Positions 9,407 through 18,392 of a DNA stretch of 64,000 nt are shown piece by piece (position 1 is the stretch's first letter; every line of letters begins with the position of its first letter). The notes under the pieces were generated by a model. That model was not told where the DNA came from and did no database searches. It was given only the letters and a program-made list of their open reading frames with translations. Source of the stretch: an uncultured Bacilli bacterium (lineage in GTDB: Bacteria; Bacillota_I; Bacilli_A; RF39; UBA660); contig CAKOKN010000002.1 in NCBI GenBank assembly GCA_934091055.1, positions 77,446-141,445 on the forward strand, given 5' to 3'. The position numbers were made by a program, and so were the translations under genes.

Positions 9407-9928
9407 ATGAAGAAAATTGTTTTAATAATAGCAATAATTACTTCCATTTTAATATATAGTGAAATAAAAAAGGATACCGTAGTCATACCAAACTCTGCGA
9501 TTAGATTAAGAGTAATTCCAAATAGTAATTCTGCTCAAGATCAAAACATCAAAAAACAAGTAAAAACCTATCTAGAAAAAAACACCTATAATATTCTAAA
9601 AGATGAAAAAAGTATAAAAGAAGCAAGAAAAAAAATCAACGAAAATATCCCTGTAATAGAAGAAAATGTTGACAGAATATTTAAAGATAATAATTATGAT
9701 GTCTCTTATAATGTAAATTACGGTTATAATTATTTTCCAAGTAAAACTTATCGCGGAATAACTTATAAAGAAGGCTATTATGAATCAATAGTCATAAGTA
9801 TAGGTGCCGCTGAAGGAGATAACTGGTGGTGTGTATTATTTCCCAACTTATGTTTAGCAGATTTAGAACAAAAAGATAATACTGAATATAAATCTTGGGT
9901 AATAGAGACAATAAACAAAATATTCTAA
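9407..9928 (+). CDS. spoIIR: stage II sporulation protein R
   Basis: Signal anchor plus the SpoIIR signatures IRLRVIPNSNS and GDNWWCVLFPNLC. Confidence 0.85.
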   Translation: MKKIVLIIAIITSILIYSEIKKDTVVIPNSAIRLRVIPNSNSAQDQNIKKQVKTYLEKNTYNILKDEKSIKEARKKINENIPVIEENVDRIFKDNNYDVSYNVNYGYNYFPSKTYRGITYKEGYYESIVISIGAAEGDNWWCVLFPNLCLADLEQKDNTEYKSWVIETINKIF

Positions 9929-9960
9929 TAAAATAAGCATATAATTGGTTAGGTGATCTA

Positions 9961-10497
9961 ATGAAATTACTAACCATTTTTTTAATTGCAGTAAGTTTAT
10001 CTATGGACGCTTTCTCTCTAGCCTTAGTATACGGAACAGAGGGAATAGAAAAAAAGAATAAAATAATATTATCATTAATAGTAGGCATCTACCATTTTAT
10101 AATGCCTTTAATAGGTCTCACCATAGGCTCATATGTAACAAGCAAGATAATCTTAAATACCAATATATTAGTAGGAATCATCTTATCATTAATATCAATA
10201 GAAATGATTATATCAAGTTTCAAAGAAACAGAAAAAAAGAGTCTTTTAACAATACCAAGTTATTTATTATTTGGTTTATCAGTCAGCATAGATAGTCTAA
10301 CTACCGGAATAGGATTGGGAGGAATAACAGAAAAATATCTATTATCATCATTAATATTCTTTATTACAAGTCTATCCTTCACATACTTAGGTTTAAATTT
10401 AGGAAATATATTAAATGAAAAGTACGGAAAAATATCTACTTTGATAGGCGGTTTCATTCTACTAGTATTAGCAATAATATATATATTTATAAAATAA
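9961..10497 (+). CDS. mntP: manganese efflux pump MntP
   Basis: Six-TM, 178-aa protein with the duplicated MntP motif (SLSMDAFSLAL and SVSIDSLTTGIG). Confidence 0.85.
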   Translation: MKLLTIFLIAVSLSMDAFSLALVYGTEGIEKKNKIILSLIVGIYHFIMPLIGLTIGSYVTSKIILNTNILVGIILSLISIEMIISSFKETEKKSLLTIPSYLLFGLSVSIDSLTTGIGLGGITEKYLLSSLIFFITSLSFTYLGLNLGNILNEKYGKISTLIGGFILLVLAIIYIFIK

Positions 10498-10598
10498 TTC
10501 ATTGTAAATTCACTGTCAAAATAAGCAATATCAATTGACACACTAAATATAAAAGTTTAAAATTAAAGTAAGAGTTGCCTATGAAAGGAGCGTTAAAA

Positions 10599-11849
10599 AT
10601 GCCAAAAATAAGAATTGAAGGTGGAAGAAAACTAACTGGCGAAATAGAAATAAGTGGAGCAAAAAATAGTGCTGTAGCACTAATACCTGCTGCTATACTA
10701 TGCGATGAAGAAGTAAAAATAAGTAATGTGCCAAATATTTCGGATATAGATTCCTTAGAAGAAATACTAAACTACTTAAATGCCGGCATTAAAAGAGAAC
10801 AAGGTATCCTAACCATAGATTCATCAAAAATAATAAATAAAGAAATTCCAGAAGAAATGTCTCAAAAACTAAGAGCTTCTTATTATTTTATGTCATCCTT
10901 ATTAGGGAAATATAAGCACGTAGAAATGTACTTTCCAGGAGGATGTACTATCGGCGAAAGACCAATAGATCAAACTCTAAAAGCATATAAAGCATTAGGA
11001 GCCATAGTAAAAGAGGAAGGCAATCATTTTATAATAGATGCAGAAGAATTAAAAGGCGCCAAAATATATTTAGATATGCCAAGCGTTGGTGCAACTATCA
11101 ATACAATGATAGCAGCTGTAAAAGCTAAAGGAAAAACAATCATTGAAAACGTTGCTAAAGAACCCGAAATAGTAAACGTCGCAACATTCTTAAATACTAT
11201 GGGCGCTAAAATAAAAGGGGCGGGAACAAATGTAATATCCATAACTGGAGTAGATTATTTACATAAATCATTTCACGAAGTAATACCAGATAGAATAGAA
11301 GCTGGAACATATCTAATAATAGCTTCTCTATTAGGAGAAAATCTAACAATTAAAAATCTAATCCCTTCACACATCGAAGCCTTAACTTCAAAACTAATCG
11401 AAGCTGGTGTCAATATGACAATTGAAGAGGATTCAATAACCGTATTAAGTACTGGAAAATATAACGCCGTTAATATAAAAACACTACCATACCCAGGTTT
11501 TCCAACAGATCTTCAACAACCTATAATACCATTCCTAACTCAATGTAGTGGTACAAGTATAGTAGAAGAAACAATCTGGGAAAATAGATTTCAAAATATC
11601 TATGACACCAATCGTATGGGTGCCAATATAATAGTAAAAGATAATAAAATTGCCAAAATAAAGGGAGTAACAAAACTAACCGGCAAAAATGTAACCGCAA
11701 CTGATTTAAGAGGGGGAGCTTCAATGCTAATATGTGGTTTAATCGCCGAAGGAACAACCACTATTGACAATATAAAATATATCTTAAGAGGATATGATGA
11801 TATATGTAACAAGTTATCCAAAGTAGGTGCTAAAATAGAATTAATATAA
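10599..11849 (+). CDS. murA: UDP-N-acetylglucosamine 1-carboxyvinyltransferase
   Basis: ISGAKNSAVA and the catalytic Cys loop PGGCTIGERPID. RBS AAAGGAG at 10584-10590 favours ATG 10599 rather than the tracked 10575. Confidence 0.95.
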   Translation: MPKIRIEGGRKLTGEIEISGAKNSAVALIPAAILCDEEVKISNVPNISDIDSLEEILNYLNAGIKREQGILTIDSSKIINKEIPEEMSQKLRASYYFMSSLLGKYKHVEMYFPGGCTIGERPIDQTLKAYKALGAIVKEEGNHFIIDAEELKGAKIYLDMPSVGATINTMIAAVKAKGKTIIENVAKEPEIVNVATFLNTMGAKIKGAGTNVISITGVDYLHKSFHEVIPDRIEAGTYLIIASLLGENLTIKNLIPSHIEALTSKLIEAGVNMTIEEDSITVLSTGKYNAVNIKTLPYPGFPTDLQQPIIPFLTQCSGTSIVEETIWENRFQNIYDTNRMGANIIVKDNKIAKIKGVTKLTGKNVTATDLRGGASMLICGLIAEGTTTIDNIKYILRGYDDICNKLSKVGAKIELI

Positions 11850-11876
11850 ATATACTTAATTAGGACTAGGTGAAAT

Positions 11877-12557
11877 ATGAAAAAAGTATATTTAATAATA
11901 ATTCTTTTTTTATCATGTTACTTTATATATAATAAAACAATCAATGAAAAATTATATTACTTAACCATCGGAGATGCCATATCTAAAGGAACAAATGAAT
12001 ATAACATAGTAACATATGGTTACAACGATTACATAAAAGATTATCTAAGTAATAAAAACAAATTAAAAGAATATAATAAAACATTTACCAACAACGATTA
12101 CACAATCGAAGACATAGCGAGAATAATAAAGTATAATGAAACAAAAGACGGTTATACTCTAAATAGGTTAATAAAAAAAGCAGATATAATAACAATATCC
12201 CTAGGAATGAATGAATTATATTATAAATTAGAACAAAATAACGAAAATATATATACTTATATTGATAATATATTAGATAAATATCAGGAAATATTAGACT
12301 ATATAAACAAATTTCATCATCAAAAAGTATACATTTTGGGTTTTTATAACACTCTTGGCAAAGATAATGATATTTTCGAATATGCAAATTATAATCTTAA
12401 TAAACTGTGTAACAAATACAATTATACATATATAGATTTAAGCAAACAACTAGATAACAATCCAAATTATATCGCAAATCAAACAAAATTTATACCAAAT
12501 AGCAAGGGATATGAAAAAATTTTTCAAATAATAGTTGAAAATTTAGAAAATAACTGA
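11877..12557 (+). CDS. SGNH/GDSL-family hydrolase, membrane-anchored
   Basis: N-terminal TM helix, then block I YLTIGDAISKG (GDS-type nucleophile). Confidence 0.6.
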   Translation: MKKVYLIIILFLSCYFIYNKTINEKLYYLTIGDAISKGTNEYNIVTYGYNDYIKDYLSNKNKLKEYNKTFTNNDYTIEDIARIIKYNETKDGYTLNRLIKKADIITISLGMNELYYKLEQNNENIYTYIDNILDKYQEILDYINKFHHQKVYILGFYNTLGKDNDIFEYANYNLNKLCNKYNYTYIDLSKQLDNNPNYIANQTKFIPNSKGYEKIFQIIVENLENN

Positions 12558-12618
12558 TATAATATAACCTGTAAATTTATTACTATGACTTTTTGTCATG
12601 GCGGAAGGAGAGAAAAAA

Positions 12619-12834
12619 ATGAAAAAGAACATTCATCCAAATGAAAATATAACTAAATTTGTTTGTGCTTGTGGTAATGTAATCGAAGCTGCCACTACAA
12701 GAAGCGAAGAAACATTTCCAATAGAAGTATGTTCAAAATGTCATCCATTCTATACTGGAAAACAAAATTTAGGATCTAAAAAGGGACAAGTAGAAAAATT
12801 CAATAAAAAATTTGGTTTTACTACTGAAAAATAA
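12619..12834 (+). CDS. rpmE: 50S ribosomal protein L31
   Basis: MKKNIHP start, CACG...CSKCHPFYTGKQ zinc ribbon. RBS GGAAGGAG just upstream. Confidence 0.9.
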   Translation: MKKNIHPNENITKFVCACGNVIEAATTRSEETFPIEVCSKCHPFYTGKQNLGSKKGQVEKFNKKFGFTTEK

Positions 12835-12858
12835 TGTGATTGAATTCACATTTTTTTA
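12833..12858 (+). terminator. intrinsic terminator after rpmE
   Basis: AATGTGA / TCACATT stem followed by a T7 run. Confidence 0.6.
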
Positions 12859-12891
12859 TTTTTATGGTATAATTAGCGTAAGTGATGAAAA

Positions 12892-14883
12892 ATGATTAAT
12901 AAGAAAAAAGAAAAACTGAATTTAAAAAAATATTTTTTAAAGATAAAAAACAACTATCTATTAGTGGTGATTTTCGTTTTGTCCTTATTATCAAATGATC
13001 TGATACTGAGATTAATAACGGTAAGAAACGGACTGAGTATATCGCCGTTACTGATGGATATAGCATATTTAATAATATTATCCTTATTTTCCCTTTTATT
13101 TAAAAAAGAGAATAGAATAAAATATTTTATAATTGTGTCAATAATACTAGATGTAGTGTGTGTAATAAATAGTATATATTATCACTACTACAGTTCATTT
13201 GCATCTATATCTCTATTAGCGACAGCTGTCTTTGCCGCGGATGTTAGTGATGCAATAGTAGAAAATGTCCTAAAGCCAATAGACTTTATATATCTTTGGC
13301 AAATAATATTCATATGTTGTTCTTACCACTACTTAAAAAAGAAAGATTATTTCAAAACATCAAAAATACAAAGTAAGAAAAAACTAGTAAAGAAAGGCCT
13401 ACTAACATCACTGGTTTGTATATTAGTAGGAGCCATATTTATGCCATCAAATGCTTGGTCTAGATTATATAAACTGTGGAATAGAGAATCCGTAGTTATG
13501 AATTATGGCGTTTATGTATATCAAGTAGACGACTTAATACAAAGCTTAACGCCGAAGATAAATAGTATATTTGGACACGATAGTTCACTAAAAAAAGTTT
13601 CTAAATACTATAAAGAACATAAATATAAACAAATAAATAATGAATACACAAATATATTCGAAGGAAAAAATGTTATAGTAATACACGCAGAAAGTATTCA
13701 AACATTTCCAATGAAGCTAAGCTTTAATAATAAAGAAGTAACCCCTAATCTAAACAAATTAGCCAAAGAAGGAATATTCTTTAGTAACTTCTATTCAGAA
13801 GTAGGAGTAGGGACAAGTAGCGATGCAGAGTTTACTTTTAATACATCTCTTATGCCATCAAATAAAGGCACAGTATTTGTAAATTACTTCGATAGAGAAT
13901 ATGTGGCAACCCCGAGATTATTAAAAGAAAAAGGCTATTATACATTTAGTATGCACGCTAACACGGGAGAATTTTGGAACCGTAACACAATGCATAAAAA
14001 TTTAGGATATGACAAGTTTTATAGCAAAAATTCATATACAATAGATGAAACAATAGGATTAGGTTTATCTGATAAATCATTCTTTAAACAATCTGTTGAA
14101 ATAATGAAAAATATCAAAGAAACAGAAAAAGGACCATATTATGGACTACTTATAATGTTAACTAATCACACTCCATTTAGTGATTTAGATCTAATGGATG
14201 AATATCCTACCACAATAGATGTAGATATCAATAATCAAACAATAACAAGAAATTATTTAAATGGAACCACGATGGGAAATTATATAAGATCAGTTCATTA
14301 TGCAGATCAAGCAATTGGTGAATTTGTAGACAATCTTGATAAGTCGGGCTTATTAGATAATACAGTCTTAATAATATACGGTGATCACGACGCTAGATTA
14401 GATTTCAGTGATTTCAATACCTTGTATAACTATGATCCAATAACAGACACAGTAAAAACAGAAGAAGATGAAGGATATATTTCATACAATGAATATAATT
14501 ACGAGTTAGATAGAAAAGTACCATTTATCATATGGACTAAAGATAAAGAATTTAATCTAGAAGTAACTACCCCAATGGGTATGATAGATGCATTACCAAC
14601 AATTGGTAATATGCTTGGTATTCATAGCAAGTACCAACTAGGTCAAGATATCTTCAATTTAAAAGATGATAACATAGTAACATTTGTAGATGGATCTTTC
14701 TTAACATCAAAAATTTACTACAATTCACCAAAAGGAGAAATATATTCGATAAATAATGAACCAATATCAGAAGAATATCTTCAAGAAAGAATAAAACACT
14801 CTTCTGAATTGATTGAAATATCAAATGATATTATTTCTTATAATTTAATAAAAGAATTAGAGGCGGTTAAACCTAAAAATTAG
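12892..14883 (+). CDS. ltaS: lipoteichoic acid synthase (LtaS-type sulfatase-family phosphoglycerol transferase)
   Basis: Five N-terminal TM helices plus an extracellular sulfatase domain (VIVIHAESIQ, GTSSDAEF, MLTNHTPF, YGDHD). Confidence 0.85.
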   Translation: MINKKKEKLNLKKYFLKIKNNYLLVVIFVLSLLSNDLILRLITVRNGLSISPLLMDIAYLIILSLFSLLFKKENRIKYFIIVSIILDVVCVINSIYYHYYSSFASISLLATAVFAADVSDAIVENVLKPIDFIYLWQIIFICCSYHYLKKKDYFKTSKIQSKKKLVKKGLLTSLVCILVGAIFMPSNAWSRLYKLWNRESVVMNYGVYVYQVDDLIQSLTPKINSIFGHDSSLKKVSKYYKEHKYKQINNEYTNIFEGKNVIVIHAESIQTFPMKLSFNNKEVTPNLNKLAKEGIFFSNFYSEVGVGTSSDAEFTFNTSLMPSNKGTVFVNYFDREYVATPRLLKEKGYYTFSMHANTGEFWNRNTMHKNLGYDKFYSKNSYTIDETIGLGLSDKSFFKQSVEIMKNIKETEKGPYYGLLIMLTNHTPFSDLDLMDEYPTTIDVDINNQTITRNYLNGTTMGNYIRSVHYADQAIGEFVDNLDKSGLLDNTVLIIYGDHDARLDFSDFNTLYNYDPITDTVKTEEDEGYISYNEYNYELDRKVPFIIWTKDKEFNLEVTTPMGMIDALPTIGNMLGIHSKYQLGQDIFNLKDDNIVTFVDGSFLTSKIYYNSPKGEIYSINNEPISEEYLQERIKHSSELIEISNDIISYNLIKELEAVKPKN

Positions 14884-14935
14884 AGTATTAATAATATGAT
14901 ACTATTATGATACTATAATGATGGAGGCAAATAAA

Positions 14936-15658
14936 ATGATAAAATTTATACTATGCGATGATAGTACCAACGCATTAGATAGAGCAAGTCAAGCAGTAAC
15001 CAAAACTATGATGAATTATGATATTGAATATAGAATACATAAATTTACAAGATTTGATGATAAATTAAAGGAAATGATAAAAGATGAGGCTGATACTAAA
15101 ATTTATATTTTAGATATTGAACTACCAATAGTAAGTGGTTTAGAAATAGCTTCAGAAATAAGAGAGATAGATGATGATAGCATAATAATATTTGTAACAG
15201 CACATTCTGAGTGCAAAAATGATATCTTCTATTCAAGATTACAGGCAATAGACTTTATTTCTAAATATCATAGATATGAGGAAAGATTAGGCCAAACAAT
15301 AGAACACGTGCTTAAAAAGTTGTGTAAGAATAAATCAATAGATTTTACATACGGTCACGTATATAATAAAATATTCTATAAAGAAATTAATTATATAGAA
15401 AAATCACCATCTCAAAATAAATGTATAATACATTTAACAAATAAGGATGAAAAGTTTATTTCTGATACTATAATGAAATTAAAACAAGATTTAGGTTCAC
15501 CATTTTTCCAAACACATAAATCTTGTCTAGTTAATCTAGATAACATAAAATTTATAGATTATGCAAAATTCACAATATATTTTAAAAATGGAGAAAGTAC
15601 ATTACTTCTAACTCCTATAGCTAGAAAGGAGTTGAGGAAACGTGTCGGAAGTTATTAA
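14936..15658 (+). CDS. LytTR-family response regulator (AgrA-like)
   Basis: Receiver domain (MIKFILCDD, ILDIELP) plus a C-terminal LytTR fold (FFQTHKSCLVNLDNI). GGAGG at 14921 favours ATG 14936. Confidence 0.85.
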   Translation: MIKFILCDDSTNALDRASQAVTKTMMNYDIEYRIHKFTRFDDKLKEMIKDEADTKIYILDIELPIVSGLEIASEIREIDDDSIIIFVTAHSECKNDIFYSRLQAIDFISKYHRYEERLGQTIEHVLKKLCKNKSIDFTYGHVYNKIFYKEINYIEKSPSQNKCIIHLTNKDEKFISDTIMKLKQDLGSPFFQTHKSCLVNLDNIKFIDYAKFTIYFKNGESTLLLTPIARKELRKRVGSY

Positions 15659-16967
15659 TGCATTTGCAAGTGGTGTATCTTTAGATGTTTCTGTATGTTT
15701 CTTTGGTAAAATAGTATTTGAAGAATTCAGAAAGAAAAATAAATCTTATAACATATTTATATTCTTATGTAGTAGTATATTACTTTCATTAATTAGTTCC
15801 TATCTTACTGGAACACCAAAAACAATTTTATTAAGTTTAATAATCTTCTTAACTTTAAAAGCAATGTTTAAAGTAGAAACTGGAAAAGCATTATTTTCCA
15901 CAATAATATATTCAATCGCAGCAATAATTCCTGATTTGATAGTAACAACATTCTTTATTTATGCATTAGTTGGAAAAGCTTACTTCTATGCACATCTAGC
16001 TGGCAGTGCAATATGTACCATATGTGTTAGTGGTCTAATGATTTTATTAATTTATGTCGCTAGAAAGCCATTAAAGAAGGTAGTGAATTTTAATCCGTCA
16101 ACAAATAAAAAGATAGTATTTGTGTCATTCATAACTTTGGTGTCTTTGGCTATATTCTTTTATAGATTAATAAAAACATTTGAATTTAATAATGACATAC
16201 TTTATTACATATTAGTTATAGTTACATTGATACTAATTCTATTACTATTATTTAAACAAAAATCGGATAACGAAAATATTACCAAAAGGTATGACGATTT
16301 ATTAACAGTTATGAAAGAGTATGAAACAGACATAGAAAAGCAAAGATCAACTATGCACGAAAATAAAAATGAACTTATGACTATAAAAAGTAAAATTAAT
16401 GGTCGTGAGAAAGAAGCTGAAGTACTAAGATATATTGACAGTATAATTGGCGATAAAGTTACTAAGGGAAAAACAAAATATTCCAAATTTAAATACTTGC
16501 CATCAAATGGTTTAAAAGGATTTTTCTATTATAAAGTTCTAGAAGCTGGAGAAAAAGATATTGATACAACAGTTAACGTTTCAAAACAAATAGAAAATTG
16601 TTTCTTAAAAGATTTAAAGACTAATGATTTCAAACAATTGGCAAGATTAATTGGTGTATATTTAGATAATGCCATCGAAGCTAGCGCAGCATCAGATAAA
16701 AAATTATTAGGAATAGAAGTTTACTTAATAAACGGTAATGCAAAAATAATTATTTCTAATACTTACGCCAATGATATAAATCTTGATAAAATGGGAAAAG
16801 AAAGATATAGTACAAAGGGTAAAAACAGAGGTCACGGCCTATTACTAGTAGAAATGATACTAAGTAAAAGCGATATCTTTGAAGCAAAAACAAAAGTAAC
16901 AGATGAGTTATACATACAAGAATTGACTATTAAAAATAAAACAAATAAAGAAAAAGACGCAAAATAA
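15642..16967 (+). CDS. AgrC-like (HPK10) membrane sensor histidine kinase
   Basis: About 6 TM helices, then a GHKL ATPase with N-box YLDNAIEAS and G-box NRGHGLLLV. GTG start overlaps the regulator gene. Confidence 0.8.
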   Translation: MSEVINAFASGVSLDVSVCFFGKIVFEEFRKKNKSYNIFIFLCSSILLSLISSYLTGTPKTILLSLIIFLTLKAMFKVETGKALFSTIIYSIAAIIPDLIVTTFFIYALVGKAYFYAHLAGSAICTICVSGLMILLIYVARKPLKKVVNFNPSTNKKIVFVSFITLVSLAIFFYRLIKTFEFNNDILYYILVIVTLILILLLLFKQKSDNENITKRYDDLLTVMKEYETDIEKQRSTMHENKNELMTIKSKINGREKEAEVLRYIDSIIGDKVTKGKTKYSKFKYLPSNGLKGFFYYKVLEAGEKDIDTTVNVSKQIENCFLKDLKTNDFKQLARLIGVYLDNAIEASAASDKKLLGIEVYLINGNAKIIISNTYANDINLDKMGKERYSTKGKNRGHGLLLVEMILSKSDIFEAKTKVTDELYIQELTIKNKTNKEKDAK

Positions 16968-16993
16968 AAAGGTCACAAATTGTGATCTTTTAT
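16966..16993. terminator. bidirectional terminator between the kinase gene and agrD
   Basis: AAAAA-GGTCACA-AAT-TGTGATC-TTTTAT, with A/T runs on both sides. Confidence 0.5.
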
Positions 16994-17005
16994 TTATTGT
17001 GCAGA

Positions 17006-17122
17006 TTATTTGTTTAATAAAGATTTTGGCATTTTAGGTTCATCAGCAAACCATAATATGCAAGCTTTAGTACCTAAGTTAGAAGACAATGAACCGATCC
17101 AAGATAATAATGATGCAAACAT
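17006..17122 (-). CDS. agrD: AgrD autoinducing-peptide precursor (38 aa; too short for the ORF track)
   Basis: Hand translation of the minus strand gives MFASLLSWIGSLSSNLGTKACILWFADEPKMPKSLLNK. AAGGAGG lies 6 nt upstream, 29 nt downstream of the agrB stop. It has an amphipathic leader, Cys+4 (CILWF), then the acidic ADEP-x-PK recognition tail. Confidence 0.75.
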   Translation of the reverse strand: MFASLLSWIGSLSSNLGTKACILWFADEPKMPKSLLNK

Positions 17123-17151
17123 ACTGTACCTCCTTTACTTCTTATTCCATA

Positions 17152-17760
17152 TTAACTATAAGAAACATCATAGTTTTTATAGTTATTATATGGTAATTGA
17201 AACATCCTATAAATTAAAGGGTGAATCATCAAAGTAGCTTCCAATAACCCCAAGAATAAATAATTACTAATAGAACTATCTCTAAATACAACAATTAATA
17301 TCAAATAAATAATACCATTTATCAAAGTGAAAATCTTATAAATTTTTCTTTTTCTTGCATTCAATAAAGGTCTTTTGTAGGTATCCGCTGGTGCATATTT
17401 AATTAAACATATAAATGATAAACAACTAATACTTATCTTTATATAAGAAGGAATGTCAACGTACTTAGCAATAAGTGCTCCTCCTATAAAGAAGAGAATT
17501 GAAATAATTAAACAATGACTGCTTTTCTTTGCGTGCATTCCAAATGCGGTAGTTCTAATAATATTATAAAAAATCATAATAATCAACATATCTTTAAATA
17601 TTCCTAAAATAAAAGCTAATATAAAGATAATTACTATCTTTGTTACAGTAAGATAAATAGCTTCAAGTCCATAGGCAATTTCCTCAAGTTTTTCCTCACT
17701 AAAGTTTGGATTTTTCTTCTTTATCTTACTTATAGAATTATTTAAAAACTTCTCTTTCAT
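17152..17760 (-). CDS. agrB: AgrB-family AIP-processing membrane peptidase
   Basis: Multi-TM protein with the catalytic pair in TAFGMHAKKSSHC (His, then Cys 7 residues later, as in AgrB). Confidence 0.85.
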   Translation of the reverse strand: MKEKFLNNSISKIKKKNPNFSEEKLEEIAYGLEAIYLTVTKIVIIFILAFILGIFKDMLIIMIFYNIIRTTAFGMHAKKSSHCLIISILFFIGGALIAKYVDIPSYIKISISCLSFICLIKYAPADTYKRPLLNARKRKIYKIFTLINGIIYLILIVVFRDSSISNYLFLGLLEATLMIHPLIYRMFQLPYNNYKNYDVSYS

Positions 17761-17971
17761 TTCCTACTCACAACTACAGTATATCACGAATAAGTATTTC
17801 AATAAGTATGTCATATCTTAAACAAGCACCATTTATAAATAAGAAAAATAATTAACAAATAGTTAACTACAAAATCATTTAATCTTTTCAAATTATAATA
17901 CCATTTAAATTAACAATTATCTTGTTATAAATAAAAAAAAGTAGTATAATGTAATAGAGGTGAATAATTAA

Positions 17972-18286
17972 ATGGAACCATATCAATACATAATTATAAT
18001 AGCAGTGTTATTAATAATAGCCTTTTCAGTAGTAAAAATGAATAAAAAAGATTTAAAGCTAGAACTTAATAAATTAGTCGATTTACTAGGAGGCAAAGAA
18101 AACATTTTAAGTACTGAAGTAGAAATGTCCCGTTTTAAAGTAACATTAAAAGATATATCAAAAGCAAACAAAGATGGTATTTTAAAATTAGGAGCTAAAG
18201 GTGTAGTAGAAATTGATGATCAACTAAAAATAATATTAGGTTCAGATGCCAAGAAACTAAAGAAATATATAGATGATTTAAAGTAA
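17972..18286 (+). CDS. membrane-anchored PTS EIIB-like domain protein lacking the phospho-Cys
   Basis: LLGGKENILSTEVEMSRFKVTLKD matches the EIIB(Glc) motif GG-x-x-NI....C-x-TRLR, but has Met-Ser-Arg-Phe in place of Cys-x-Thr-Arg-Leu. Confidence 0.5.
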   Translation: MEPYQYIIIIAVLLIIAFSVVKMNKKDLKLELNKLVDLLGGKENILSTEVEMSRFKVTLKDISKANKDGILKLGAKGVVEIDDQLKIILGSDAKKLKKYIDDLK

Positions 18287-18292
18287 TTAACA

Positions 18293-18325
18293 GTCAAAAA
18301 AGAACAAAAAGTTCTTTTTTTTGAC
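18293..18325 (+). terminator. intrinsic terminator
   Basis: AAAAAAGAAC-AAAAA-GTTCTTTTTT stem-loop with a T run. Confidence 0.7.
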
Positions 18326-18346
18326 ATTTTTCGACAAAATTCGACA
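18320..18346 (+). promoter_or_regulatory. three phased Spo0A-box-like repeats
   Basis: TTTGACA (18320), TTCGACA (18330) and TTCGACA (18340), exactly 10 bp apart. TTCGACA is the reverse complement of the 0A box TGTCGAA. Confidence 0.4.
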
Positions 18347-18392
18347 AATAAAAAGTATATAATATTTTTAGTAAAAGGAAAAGGTGAAATAA

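Noticed and set aside
10575-10598. Upstream TTG start for murA
   Set aside because: The AAAGGAG RBS lies inside this extension, and MPKIRIEGG matches the usual MurA N-terminus.
17010-17237. 75-aa + strand ORF between the kinase gene and agrB
   Set aside because: It has no RBS and overlaps, in antisense, the well-supported agrD ORF and the 3' end of agrB. Its sequence has no recognisable features.
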